The notes: generated by a model from the sequence alone, not told the origin. A stretch of 62,963 nucleotides of DNA, filler included, from Octopus bimaculoides (GCF_001194135.2; 9 parts of 8 records of this genome joined end to end with filler, not necessarily neighbours in it), one strand, 5' to 3'; counted from the first letter of the whole stretch, positions 10,975-24,067 are shown. Program-made: numbers and translations.

Positions 10975-12640
10975 CAGCTATCTATGACCAAACTGGAAGT
11001 TATAGGTGGGGCTCTCTCAGGGACATCATCCATAGCACTATACCGAGGGCTTTTGGGAAGAGGAGGAAAATGACACATGACTGCTTTGTGGCGAATGTGA
11101 AAGAACTCAATACCCTCATGGAGGAGAAGCGTGCTGCCCTGCTGAAGCACAAACACCAACCTACTAGGACACGCAGCTAGCATTGAGATCAGTAAAGAAC
11201 AGTATGCAAAAGATAGTGAGATGGTGTACAAATGACTACTGGTTACAACTATGTGCAGATATCCAACTGTCATTTGTCACAGGCAACATTTGTGGAATGT
11301 ATGAGGGTATCAAGAAAGCCATCGGCCCAACCCAGAGCAAGACAGCTCCACTCAAGTCCAAAACAGTGGAAGTTATCAAGGGCAAAAGAGAGCAGCTGGA
11401 GAGTTGGGTGGAATATTATTCCGAACTCTGTGCCAAGGAAACTCTGGCAGTACGCTAGACACCCTAGAGCACCTAGCTGTCATGAAGGAGCTGGACGTAT
11501 TGTCAGTTGCTGAAGAACTGAGCAGAGCCATTATTGGCTCGCCCACTGGAAAAGCTCCGGGTTTCGTTGGCATCCCACCAGAGATCATCAGGTGTACAAA
11601 GTGAGTTCTACTTAGCCACTTGCTGAAGCTACTGTGTCAGTGCTGGGAGGAGGGATCAGTGCCACAAGACATGAGAGACTGCAACATTGTTACCCTGTAT
11701 AAAAACAAAGGAGACAAAAGCAACTGCAATAACTACCGAGGCATCTCGTTGTTAAGCATCGTTGGGAAGGTTTTTGCCCGCGTCTCCCGAAACAGGCTAC
11801 AGAAAATCGCTGAGAGGTATACTCCGAAGCTCAGTGCGGTTTCCGATCAAAACGCTCCACCATCAACATGGTCTTCTCTTGCCAACAGCTACAGGAGAAG
11901 TGCCGAGAGCAAAGGCAACCATTCTTTATCAACTTCATCGACAAGAGATGGCCTGGTCAAAATCCTTCTCAAGATTGGCTCCCCTCCCAAGACTCATCAA
12001 GATTGTCCAATCATTTCATGTGAACATGAAAGGCGTCGTTCAATTTGATGGTTCTTCTCGGAGGCTTTCAACATACGTATTGGCGTGAAGTAGGGCTATG
12101 TGTTTGGCATCTTCTTTGCAGTCGTACTGAAACATGCATTTGGAATATCAACTGATGGTGTTCACCTCCACACTAGATCAGGCGGCAGACTGTTTAGTCT
12201 GTCGAGGCTGAAAACAAAATCCAGGTTCACCAGGTAGTCATTAGAGAAACGCTGTTCGTGAACGATGCAGCACTGACAGCGCACTCTGAAGAGCAAATGC
12301 AGCACCTCGTGGACAAATTTTCAAAGGCCTGTCAAGGATTCAGTCTGTCTATCGGTCAGAAGAAGACCCAAGTAATGGGCTAACGTGTCAATCGCCCCAC
12401 ACCTTTACCATTACCATCAACCTCTCTCTGGACCTTGAGATCAACAGGCGAATCGGACAAGCACTCTCCATATTTGCCAGGCTCACAAAGAGAGTCTGGG
12501 AAAACAAAAGAAACTGGTTGCAAACATCAAGATTGCTGTCTATAAGGCGTGGGTCCTTAGTACGCTACTTTACAGCAGTGAGACATGGAGTCTCTACTGC
12601 AGACAGGAGCGGCGCCTCAACGTCTTTCCCTTTCGTAATT
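10975..12640 (+). mobile_element. RTE-BovB-like LINE, decayed reverse transcriptase ORF
   Basis: KGDKSNCNNYRGISLLSIVGKVFARV; degenerate FADD region followed by AHSEEQMQHLVDKFSKAC; YKAWVLSTLLYSSETW; several stops and frameshifts. Confidence 0.92.
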
Positions 12641-13489
12641 NNNNNNNNNNNNNNNNNNNNNNNNNNNNNNNNNNNNNNNNNNNNTTAATTAATTAANNNN
12701 NNNNNNNNNNNNNNNNNNNNNNNNNNNNNNNNNNNNNNNNATATATATATAGATATATTTAATTAGAGGATATGTTAACCTTGTGAAGGGATGGTTGCAT
12801 CCAAAGAAATACTGGTTCAATACCTAATATTGTTGTGGAATGAAATTCCCTTAAACCACTAAGTATATATTAAGGATATGGTTTATATCCAGTTAAAAGA
12901 AGAAAAGAAAATCGAAATAAGCAAGTTAACAATCATTTATTATTATCAAATTGGTCAGCTTCGCTTCTTACAGCCGTTTCAGTTAATACTCAACAATTTA
13001 ATTACTAATTTGCACATTAAATTTGTATTTATGTGAAATGAGCATAATTTCATCAGAGAGAAAAAAAAGATGTACCTTCAGATGTTATATGCGGACCTGT
13101 CAATTCATTTCAGCAATTGATCTAACCTTTTGGTTATCATCCTTCAGCTTCCTTCTCTCTCATTCTCCTTTCCTCTGCAGTTCCCCTCCTTTTTTCTTTC
13201 CTCTTATCTTCCACATACTTCCACACACCTACTTACATCCTCACACACACAACATGCATATCTACTGCACACCCACACATGTTTACATATCATAAGCAAA
13301 TACAAAATACTCCTCACCCACACCGACACACACACCCGTACACAGACACTCATACGCAAACACACATGCAAATATGTACATACGCATACTCATAGGCACC
13401 TACACAAACACATACGTACACATACAGCGACACACATGCACTCACACATACATCAGCTAGCCTTTCGACCCCACGTCCGTCTACAGCTA

Positions 13490-14300
13490 AGTCTTACTAC
13501 TGCATCTCTGCAATGGTTTCTGCGCAGAATACTCAAGATACTCAAGGGACAAGGGACAGATTCACAAACCCTTAAGCCCTTAAAAGAACCAATCTACGTA
13601 GCCTGTAGGAGATGGTTGACGAAGAAAAGAGTGAGACTTGTAGGTCATTTTTCTCAACTGCCAGAAGAACGAATAACCATAACAGATAGCCATACAAAGT
13701 GTACCACCAGAAGGACGAGGAAAGCAAGAAAGTTCAAGAAGACATGACGTGGCATCATCAAAGAAGATTTAAAGCAACTTAGCATCATCTAAGAAGATGC
13801 AGGCGATTATGCACAAACCAGGATTATTGGAGACGTCTGGCGGCTCAGTGTACAAACCAACTGCACGGGAAGAACTTTTGTTGTTGTTGGCACTCCGTCG
13901 CTTACGACGTCGAGGGTTCCAGTTGATCCGATTAACGGAACAGCCTGCTCGTGAAATTAACGTGCAAGTGGCTGAGCACTCCACAGACACGTGTACCCTT
14001 AACGTAGTTCTCGGGGATATTCAGCGTGACACAGTGTGACAAGGCTGACCCTTTGAATTACAGGCACAACAGAAACAGGAAGACTGAGAGAAAGTTGTGG
14101 TGGAAGAGTACAGCAGGGTTCGCCACCATCCCTGCCGGAGCCTCGTGGAGCTTTAGGTGTTTTCGCTCAATAAACACTCACAACGCCCGGTCTGGGAATC
14201 GAAACCGCGATCCTATGATCGCGAGTCCGCTGCCCTAACCACTGGGCCATTGCGCCACCACACGGGAAGAACTAAGGCCAAGATTAAGACTGACATTCGA
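13490..14300 (+). mobile_element. LINE 3' end (RTE-like), interrupted by a family B SINE
   Basis: Degenerate ..RGIIKEDLKQL....YWRRLAAQC C-terminus; sequence resumes after the SINE and its TSD as AAGGCCAAGATTAAGAC. Confidence 0.6.
13877..14262 (-). mobile_element. SINE family B, full length, with TSD
   Basis: Colinear with the other B copies; (CAA)n tail; direct repeat CGGGAAGAACT at 13866-13876 and 14263-14273. Confidence 0.95.
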
Positions 14301-14946
14301 AATTAACATATTTTTAGTGTATGCACAAAGAACAAAGTGAATTGCATTACTGCTTTTGTTTTGCCTAATTTCTCTTTCTGATTGTAAAGTACAGAATACT
14401 AACAAATGGTAACGTAAATAGAGACAACTTAGTATTTAGTACATTCGTCTGACAGCTGCTTGCAATAGCGTCTCATTCACAGTCGAGGCAAATGCTCCTT
14501 TAACCGTTGCATTGTCCGTTTTCTAATCGATATTGTATATCGCCTGCATGTCTGCCTTTACAAGATTGTTGGCTCAAAAATAATTTCTCAGTTCATTTCT
14601 ATTGCTTTTTCTTTCGTTTATGTAAAAAGAAAAAAGGAAAAAAAAGAAAAAGGGCTGCTTGGGAGAACAGTTCGATTTTGCTTCGTTGTTTATCATTTCG
14701 TTATACCGAAGTATATTAGTGTCGTCTCAGTATGTTAGTTCAGTACGATTATGGCTAGGGATTGAAACAGATTTTTAAACTCTGAAAAATCTGTCATATT
14801 GGCAATCGATATTCGTTATAACTTCGCTACTTGTGTATATGTGTGTGTTTTTGCTGTGTGTATAAAGAGACGGACATGCATGTGCACATAAACACACACA
14901 CGCACACATTTATAAATTTGTAAATGTAAGTATATATGTCAGTGCA

Positions 14947-14949
<3 letters not shown>

Positions 14950-15010
<61 letters not shown>

Positions 15011-15069
15011 AGTGCGTGTATATATGTATATGTATGTACGCATGTATGCATGTATCAGTGTGTTTCTGC

Positions 15070-15107
<38 letters not shown>

Positions 15108-15242
15108 ATACATCTAGTTATCTTTCTCTCTCTCACTACACACACACACGCACACACACACACACATACATACATATATACTCACACACATATATATACT
15201 CACACACACACGAGCAGACACGTACATATACATATATATATA
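14950..15242. repeat. Compound (TA)n/(TG)n/(CA)n microsatellite field
   Basis: Direct runs. Confidence 0.9.
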
Positions 15243-15895
15243 TTTGTGCGTCATGAATGGCGATTTGAATCAGTGTCCTCACTCACCTGGTGGAAGTTAT
15301 TAATATTAGAATGTTTGCTTGATTAACTCTTCATATTTGTCAAGTCGCCACACACACACAATACACCAGTCCTGAACAATTGCGCTAGCCACCTACAAAG
15401 CACAAACGTTACCCACATTGTATCACCAATTAGAAATGTAGAACGGTGCAGCTGGTACATTATTGACTGCATCCAATAACAATGAGAGAACCACCCTGCT
15501 AGTTGACAATAAATCCCACACCAATGTATAACTTACAATCGCAAACTCAATAGCAGATATACTGTTTTACTGTCTACTATATCAAAGTTAAAACGCGTCC
15601 TGCTACCTGCAAGACACGTTTTAAACTTCGAACACTACCACCTAGATCAGCCGTAGCAGTTTTTCTCACTGGTCGTGCGTACTGTGAGCTTTGCCCCACG
15701 AAACTTTGATGTTGTAACCTCACAGTTACAACCCTGTGACCCAGCTTCACCGTTACTCCGGATTGTTATCTACAGGCATTAATTTACAGAAATTTCAATT
15801 GAATATCATTTCATTAACCTGACCACGGTGAGTCGGTTCCCGCATCGCTTTTTCGAGTCCAATCCTTGTAAAAAGTTTCCATTATTTACCATATT

Positions 15896-16100
15896 AAGGC
15901 AGTGACCTGGCGGAATCGTTAGCACGCTAGACAAAATGCTTAGCGGCATTTATGTCTGTCTATATGTTCTGAGTTCGAATTTCCCTTTCACACTTTCGGG
16001 GTCGTAAAATAAGTACCAGTTGATCACTTGGGTCGATGTAATCGGTAAATTTCCTCCCCACAAAATTTCAGGCCCTGTGCTTATTGTAGAAAGGATTATT
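15896..16100 (+). mobile_element. SINE family A with small internal deletion
   Basis: AAGGCAGTGACCTGGCGGAATCGTTAGCACGC head, GGGGTCG...AAATAAGTACCAG core, GTAGAAAGGATTATT tail. Confidence 0.88.
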
Positions 16101-16292
16101 TACAATATCCCAAAAATAAAGTACAATAGAGGTTCTCAATCAAGTGTGACAGAAATAAAAAGTAACAAACATATATTATCAGAAGTATTATTAATGATAT
16201 GTTATAGTCTTATAACAGCCAATTAACGTCACCGAACGGTTCCATGCTGATAAACTTCCAGATTTAAGAAATGAGGAGATAACTTATTGGAA

Positions 16293-16364
<72 letters not shown>

Positions 16365-16394
16365 TGCTGCTACTGCAGCTGCTGCTGCTGCTAC

Positions 16395-16429
<35 letters not shown>

Positions 16430-16532
16430 GCTGCTGCTGCTGTTGCTGCTGCTACTACTACTGCTACTGTTGCTGCTGCCACTACTACTGCTACTGTTGC
16501 TGCTGCTACTACTACTGCTACTGTTGCTGCTG

Positions 16533-16609
<77 letters not shown>

Positions 16610-16618
16610 ACTACTACT
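16293..16618. repeat. (CTA)n/(CTG)n compound trinucleotide array
   Basis: Direct runs with about 24-bp higher-order units. Confidence 0.95.
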
Positions 16619-17484
16619 TAATTATGCGTGCGTGTGTGTGTGTTACGTTTACTTACACACAAATATGTAAAACAGGCGTTTGTATGGTTTGTATGCATGC
16701 GCACATATATGTATGCACGATTGTACATATGTATGTATTTCAGATCATTATTAATGTTACTGGTAATATGTAACCCAGTGCAACCTGTCGCATGGTCGAG
16801 CCGTTGGCGCCTAAACCGGAGAGCCAATCAAGTCTTCGCAGGACGTAAAAACACAGTTGGGAATGAGAGACTCTTGGTCTTTGTTCAGGTGTTTTTCTAG
16901 AAGGACATTTCGAAATAACATCCGTTTCATTGCGAAGCAGATCTCACGCTTGCTTGTTCCTGGATTACTTGGCTCTAGCGGTGTTGTGCAAGCTGTTATT
17001 GGCTGTAAATTTCAGTACAATCACTACTGATAGCCATTGTCATTAACATCTAGGATAAGATTTGTTGATGATTGTGATATTCACCAACGAGTATTACCAT
17101 TACTGTATGAATATACCTATGTAATTATGAAGTAGTATGTAAGTAGGTATGTTAATAGATATAATCCTATTACGGAGGGATAGATAGATAGATCGATCGA
17201 TAGATAGATAATAGATAGATAGACAGACAGACAAACAGACAGAGAGTCAGGGTAAGCGTAAATTAGAAGTGCTTACTGAAGATAGATTCATCTACTCATT
17301 TACAATAAAACCGTTCAATATTTTCTCCTGTATAAGTCTAAACACACGTGTTGTCAGTAACCACTTCCAGACCATGTACTTAATTTGGCTTGATATTTCC
17401 ACTCAGTATTACAGCTGGTTCATTCGCAACACTTCCAATTTTTTTTTGCTTGTTTATTATGCTTTATATATTTGAGAGGGACAG

Positions 17485-17486
17485 AG

Positions 17487-17578
<92 letters not shown>

Positions 17579-17641
17579 TGAGAGAAGGGGAGGGAGGGTG
17601 AGCGCACACATGTGTGCACACGTGTGCGATATGTGTGTTAG

Positions 17642-17683
<42 letters not shown>
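17485..17683. repeat. (TG)n, (AG)n and (TCTA)n microsatellites
   Basis: Direct runs. Confidence 0.9.
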
Positions 17684-17689
<6 letters not shown>

Positions 17690-18177
17690 GACGGACGTGC
17701 TGTCACATCGGCTGCAGAGGTAAATGTTTATTTGACCTTTTATTGCCCAAATTTTGTTGGAGTTTTTGTATATAAGGTATGTGAAACACCCAACTTGCTT
17801 TTTATTGTGTTTTCAAGGTAGGAATTGGCCCTTAGGGGCAGTTTCAACCTTTTTAAAATTATATATTTTCTTCTCGACATTTAAAAATGTCGAGAAACAT
17901 AGTCATAGAACGCTGGACAGAAACATTGATGAACGAACATTTTCCTAGACTTGAGACGCTAGGAGAACAAAAAAATAAGTCATGCACGCGCACACACACC
18001 AAAACAACAACAACAGACATCGAAAAAAAGAATGAAGCAACAGATTCTAAAGTCAAAGCTGTCAGCGTCATGGATACNNNNNNNNNNNNNNNNNNNNNNN
18101 NNNNNNNNNNNNNNNNNNNNNTTAATTAATTAANNNNNNNNNNNNNNNNNNNNNNNNNNNNNNNNNNNNNNNNNNNN

Positions 18178-18215
<38 letters not shown>

Positions 18216-18814
18216 CACAAACACACATATATACACACACATAGAGATGTGGACAAAACCAGTCCCAAAAACCAGTGAACCATGACACACTAGCTCACAG
18301 ACCAACCAAAAATAAAAAAAAAATCCTTTTTAACTCTTCTTTCCTCCTACCCCAGCTAGCCAGTCATACTGTCTCTTAAGACAGCAAAACATTCCCTTAA
18401 TATACACAAGAGAAAAACGCCAGGTCAGTTCCTCCTCAACTTTATTCGATTATCAAAGAATATGTATATGTATTTTTCCATATATGTATTTTCATACACT
18501 GTTTTTAACATTTTCATCTTATTATCAGAGAATGTGTGATAATCAGTATGCAACACTACAAAGTTCATACAAAGCTTTATACTTTAAATATATTTTATCA
18601 TCAAAGAATGTATATATGCATTTTAATACTCAAACTGTTTTTTAACATTTTTTATTATTCTCAAAGACTTTTGATAATCTTTTTCTAAAAAAGTGAAACC
18701 GGTTAAGTAAATAAATATTTTAAAAATAAGTGCATTTTCAAACCTTCTTTCATATATATTTCCACTCGTACGGTATTCTACAACTTTACTTTATTATATA
18801 TATATATCTGAAAA

Positions 18815-20310
18815 CTTTCTGTTCCAGTCTGTCGTCCCAGTCAACAAAAAGGGGAACAAGTCCTTTGCAGTGAAATACCTACCGATCTCGCTCACCTCTC
18901 ATATCATCAAAGTATCTGAGAGGGTTGTGACATCACAGATAATTCACTTCCTTGAAAGCAACAAATTGCTGAACCCCAACTAACATGGGTTCTGTAATAG
19001 AGGGAACTGCTTAACTCAGCTCCTGATTCACCTTGACATTTTAAGAGCTTTGGGAGAGGGTTAGAATACTGATGTCATCTACCTTGATTTCATCAAGGCC
19101 TTTGACAGGATGGATCATAAGATCCTCTTGAAAAAACAATCCAGCATTGGGGTCTCTGGAAAGTTACTACAATGGATCAAATGTTTCCTGACAGGCAGAA
19201 CCCAATACGTTGTAATTGAAGGAGTAAAATTAAGCCCAGCCAAAGTCAGAAGTGGTGTTCCACAAGGCACTGTGTTGGGCCCACTTCTTTTCATCATCTA
19301 CATCAATGACATTACTGACATCGTCAAGCACAACAATATAAGAATCTTTGCAGATGATTCCAAGACCTAAAAGGTCATCAATGAAGTGGGTGACTGGGCA
19401 TGCCTTCAGTCAGATCTTCTGGATGTCATCCAATGGGCGGAAAAGAATATATGCTGCTGAACGAGGACAAATCTGAGTTAATCCACTTCGGAGAAGTGGA
19501 TACTCTGAAACTCCCATACACCCTTCTTTCAGGTGAAACTCTCATGGCATCCGACAGCATCAAAGACTTGAGAGTAATTGTGGACAACAACATAAACTGG
19601 GCCGCTCATATAAACAACAAAGTTGACATGGCCCGCAGAATGTGTTCCGGGATTCTCAGAACTTTCCAGTTGAGAGATATCCACACCATTATCCTTCTCT
19701 TCCCTACTTTTGCCCGACCCCACCTTGAATACCGTTGTCCACTGCTCTCCATACACGAAACAAGGTATCATGGAAATTAAAGCACCTCAAAAGTCAATTA
19801 CAAAAAGGATAGATGGCATGAGATGCTTAGACTATTGGGGTCGACTAGAAAAGCTCAAGCTTTATTCCCTCCAACGCCGCTGTGAGCGCTACATCATCTG
19901 CATGATGTGGAAAATATTCCATCGGCATTGCTCAAATGATGTTGGCATCGCCTTTAAGATACACTCAAGACTTAAGACTCGTGTTATCCGCCCACAATAT
20001 AAATCATACTCGCATCACATAACAATACGGCGCAATTATTTCACTTCAATTGGCCCCGCTCTCTTTAACATTACACCAAAACACATTAAAGAAATCACCA
20101 TAAAGTTCAAGAAGTCTTTGGACAAATTCCTTCAAAAAATCCCGGATAAACCTCCTACACCCGGATATGTCTCCGTAAACAATAGCTCTCTCCTCTAGTG
20201 GGCCATGTTGTCCGATTCCTGATTTGGATGACTTCACCGGGGAGTGCTATTAAGTTAAACATGGCCTGGGCAAATACTAGCCGAAACCTATCAAAGTATC
20301 AAAGTAAAGC
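18815..20310 (+). mobile_element. CR1-group LINE, 5'-truncated and decayed, with 3' end
   Basis: YLDFIKAFDRMDH, SGVPQGTVLGPLLFIIYIND, IFADDSK, LEKLKLYSLQRR; ends in short TATCAAAG repeats. Confidence 0.92.
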
Positions 20311-21013
20311 ATATATNNNNNNNNNNNNNNNNNNNNNNNNNNNNNNNNNNNNNNNNNNNNNNNNNNNNNNNNNNNNNNNNNNNNNNNNNNNNNNNNNNNN
20401 NNNNNNNNNNNNNNNNNNNNNNNNNNNNNNNNNNNNNNNNNNNNNNNNNNNNNNNNNNNNNNNNNNNNNNNNNNNNNNNNNNNNNNNNNNNNNNNNNNNN
20501 NNNNNNNNNNNNNNNNNNNNNNNNNNNNNNNNNNNNNNNNNNNNNNNNNNNNNNNNNNNNNNNNNNNNNNNNNNNNNNNNNNNNNNNNNNNNNNNNNNNN
20601 NNNNNNNNNNNNNNNNNNNNNNNNNNNNNNNNNNNNNNNNNNNNNNNNNNNNNNNNNNNNNNNNNNNNNNNNNNNNNNNNNNNNNNNNNNNNNNNNNNNN
20701 NNNNNNNNNNNNNNNNNNNNNNNNNNNNNNNNNNNNNNNNNNNNNNNNNNNNNNNNNNNNNNNNNNNNNNNNNNNNNNNNNNNNNNNNNNNNNNNNNNNN
20801 NNNNNNNNNNNNNNNNNNNNNNNNNNNNNNNNNNNNNNNNNNNNNNNNNNNNNNNNNNNNNNNNNNNNNNNNNNNNNNNNNNNNNNNNNNNNNNNNNNNN
20901 NNNNNNNNNNNNNNNNNNNNNNNNNNNNNNNNNNNNNNNNNNNNNNNNNNNNNNNNNNNNNNNNNNNNNNNNNNNNNNNNNNNNNNNNNNNNNNNNNNNN
21001 NNNNNNNNNNNNN

Positions 21014-21088
<75 letters not shown>

Positions 21089-21477
21089 CAGAGAGAGCGG
21101 GCGAGAGAGTGGGAGAGTGAGAGAGACAAGAAGAGGGAGAAAGAGAGGCCATATCAAGAAAAATTAGTATATATTAGTATATTGTGATTGTTATATAGGC
21201 GCCACAGTGTAGGCGATGTATTCGTTTATTTAAATGTATATCTGAATATATTAGTAATATTGCCTCTCTCCCTACTCCTCTCTTTTCTTCCACTTCCTTC
21301 CTTCGTTCATTTATTTCTTTCTTTCTCTTTCAGTGATTCTTTTTAATGGTCTCCTGTTTTCAATCTTTCGAATATTTATCATGGTATAAAATGTAAATAT
21401 CAAGAGAAAAACTGTTCCCACACATGCTTACAGACGTGAATAGCTGAAGCTTCCTTATCCAACATAGGTACATGAAT

Positions 21478-21514
21478 GTTCGTATGTATGTATGCTGTAT
21501 GTATGTATGTATGT
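21478..21514. repeat. (TATG)n tract flanking retrotransposon 3' end
   Basis: Direct run with one interruption. Confidence 0.9.
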
Positions 21515-22595
21515 CATTATTCAGTTATTTTAAGATTTCTTGCCAATAGAGAAAGAGCCGGTTTCTAACCTAGATCCAAGGCTCCTTCATTGGAATTTCA
21601 GTATCAACTACAGGGTATTTTTGTTTGTATGTATGTATGTATGTATATGTGCAGATTTGTATGTTTTGCTTTATGTATGTATTCTCATGCATATAGTTGC
21701 ATATCTAGACATGCTCATATATATTTAAATGATAAACGCCAGGAAAGTTTTACAAATTTTTACAGTTCCAGTGATTGACTGGATCTGTAGTCTTTGAATT
21801 AGCGTTCTCCTTTCTGGTTTTGAGAAGCCTAATTTCTCAAAGTTGGTATTCAGACAGTGTGTTACACATCTTAGGGCCCCAATAATTACAGGTATAAACC
21901 TGAACTTGTACTCTGGATTGAGTAACTGCAGATTTCTCAATAGTTCAGCATAGGTGTTCTCTTTTTCATTGATCTTCAGCTTTATGTTAAAACATCCACT
22001 GGGCAGCTGATTTCCGCAACTGTACACAGTTTCTCTTCTCTATCCCAAATTATTATAACAGGTCTGTTGTGCTTACATTTTACTGAGGTCTTCACTGGGA
22101 CATTCCACCAGTTCTCCTTTTTTATTATGAGTGGCTATGGCTTCTACCATACTGAGGGTTCTTATTTCTTTGTCCTCGGGGTCATACTTCCGACGGATTT
22201 CGTTATAGAGTGTCCTAGCTAAAACATCATGTCTCCCTGGTAGATAATACTGTGATGACAATTTCGGACAATTGCTTATAATGTGGGTGATATCTTCGGT
22301 CTTAACTCCACAAAGTCTGCATTGGTTGTCACATTCTATTGTTTTTCCTGCATCTCTATCCCTTTCGTTTATCAGATGCTTGGTTGATATTTCCTGTTCC
22401 TGGATTGCAAACGCATACCCTTCAAAGTGGGAGGTAGTAATCCGGCTATTGGTTCATGACAGACTGTTTTGATGATCAATGTTACTATCATCTCGGAGCT
22501 TTCTACTAAGATATCCATGCATAGTCTTCTGCTCATATAGGCCCATCCTTTCATCTGATGGTACGTTGCGGTAGAGTCGTGCGACTTCTTTGGGC
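21515..22595 (-). mobile_element. R4/Dong-like non-LTR retrotransposon (restriction-like endonuclease), 5'-truncated copy 1
   Basis: Minus strand: zinc-knuckle region ..HIISNCPKLSSQYYLPGRHD, then KENTYAELLRNLQLL..RFIPVIIGALRCV; bounded by (TATG)n on both sides. Confidence 0.88.
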
Positions 22596-22639
22596 ATGTA
22601 TGTATGTATGTATGTATGTATGTATGTATGTATGTATGT

Positions 22640-23304
22640 CATTATTATGTTTTATTTCATGATTTCTTGCCAATAAAGAGCCGGTTTCTAACCTAGATCC
22701 AAGGCTCCTTCATTGGAATTTGAACATCAACAACAGGGTATTTTTGAATCTATGTAAGTGTACGTGAAAGTTTGTATGTTTTGTTGTATGTATGTCTTCT
22801 CATGCATATAGTTGCATATCTAGACATGCTTATATATACTTAAATGATAAAATTCTGGAAAGTTTTACTAATTTTTACAGTTCCAGTTATGAATTGGATC
22901 TATAGTCTTCGAATCAGGTTTTTTCTTTCTGGTTTTGTGAAGCCTAATTTCTCAAGATTGGTATTTAGGCAGTGTGTTACGTATCCCAGTGCTCCAATAC
23001 TTACAGGTATAAACCTCAACTTGTAATCTTGAAAGAGTAACTGCAGATTTCTCAATAGTTCAGAGTAGGTATTCTCTTTTCCACTGATCTTCAGCTTTAT
23101 GTTAGCATCCACGGGGCAGATGAGTTCCACAACTGTGCACAGCTTCTCTTCTCTATCCCAAATTATTATATCAGGTTTTTTGTGCTTACATTTTATTGCG
23201 GTTTCACAGGGACATTCCTTCAGCACTCCTTTTTATTATGAGTGGCTATGACTTTCACCATACTGTGGGTTCTTATTTCTTTGTCCTTGGGGTTAATCCT
23301 TTCG
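22640..23304 (-). mobile_element. R4/Dong-like non-LTR retrotransposon, 5'-truncated copy 2
   Basis: KHKKPDIIIWDREEKLCTVVELICP (PD-(D/E)xK-type endonuclease); 3' UTR homologous to copy 1; (TATG)n on both sides. Confidence 0.9.
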
Positions 23305-23311
23305 ATGTATG

Positions 23312-23340
<29 letters not shown>

Positions 23341-23343
<3 letters not shown>

Positions 23344-23670
23344 GCTGGACTCATGAGTCATCTTCGTAGTCATAAAGCAAGACCGATGGTTGACTACCAG
23401 GCCGCTGGTGATGATGCTACACACCATACTAGTCATGTCTGTCGGGCATGTGGAAGGGAGTGTGATTCAGCAGGAGGACTTAAACGACACGCAAAGGTAC
23501 ATGGAGCCCAATTACAACAACAGCCAGCTATTGCCAGTAAAGGTTTTGGATGCCAACTCTGTGCAAGACATTGTAGATCTTTGGCTGGGCTAAACAGTCA
23601 CATTCAATCACAGCACCGTTAAGTTAAGCTTCGTGCAATGGCCATACTCGATAACGAGGGGGCAGCCATC
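23341..23670 (+). mobile_element. Probable RTE LINE 3' end encoding tandem C2H2 zinc fingers
   Basis: AGLMSHLRSH (partial finger), CRACGRECDSAGGLKRHAKVH, CQLCARHCRSLAGLNSHIQSQH*; short 3' UTR with CTCG-ATAA-CGAG hairpin, then (ATGT)n; finger type resembles the RTE-BovB C-terminal C..C.R.C.S..GL.SH motif. Confidence 0.7.
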
Positions 23671-23734
23671 ATGTATGTATGTATGTATGTATGTATGTAT
23701 GTATGTATGTATGTATGTATGTACGTGCGTACAG

Positions 23735-23880
23735 GAATATGAGGTTAAGAAGCTTGTTTGCCACTACGTGGTTTCGAGATAGATATGTGATCTCACTGAA
23801 GAAAATATCTTCTAACATAAGCATTGGTTCGACCGAGGACTTGAGAAAGGAATTTTATTGGCGGAAACTGTGAAAGCTTC
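23735..23880 (+). mobile_element. SINE family C, old degenerate head
   Basis: TAAGAAGCTTG...TCTTCTAACATAAGC...GGCGGAAACTG. Confidence 0.55.
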
Positions 23881-24028
23881 ATTTGTGGTTACCACTCATG
23901 CAAGCATTTGAACAAGATGTCCAGTTCGTGGATACCCCGACCGTCCTTTCCGCCAATCTCGGAAGATCTGAAAAGGGACATGAATGCTGCTTTTCCTTCC
24001 CTGACTAAGCAAATAACATTATACAAGT

Positions 24029-24067
<39 letters not shown>

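Noticed and set aside
15675-15735. CTGTGAG...CGAAAC as a hammerhead, with nearby short hairpins
   Set aside because: The core lacks a base, stem II is one pair and stem I is out of register.
16264-16670. Poly-Y/C/L/T/A ORFs and the many YIYI, THTH, RERE, VCVC ORFs
   Set aside because: Translations of microsatellites with no splice or domain support.
20198-21187. Long ORFs spanning N-gaps (also 673-1467, 38885-39933, 58699-59685)
   Set aside because: They are open only because N translates as X.
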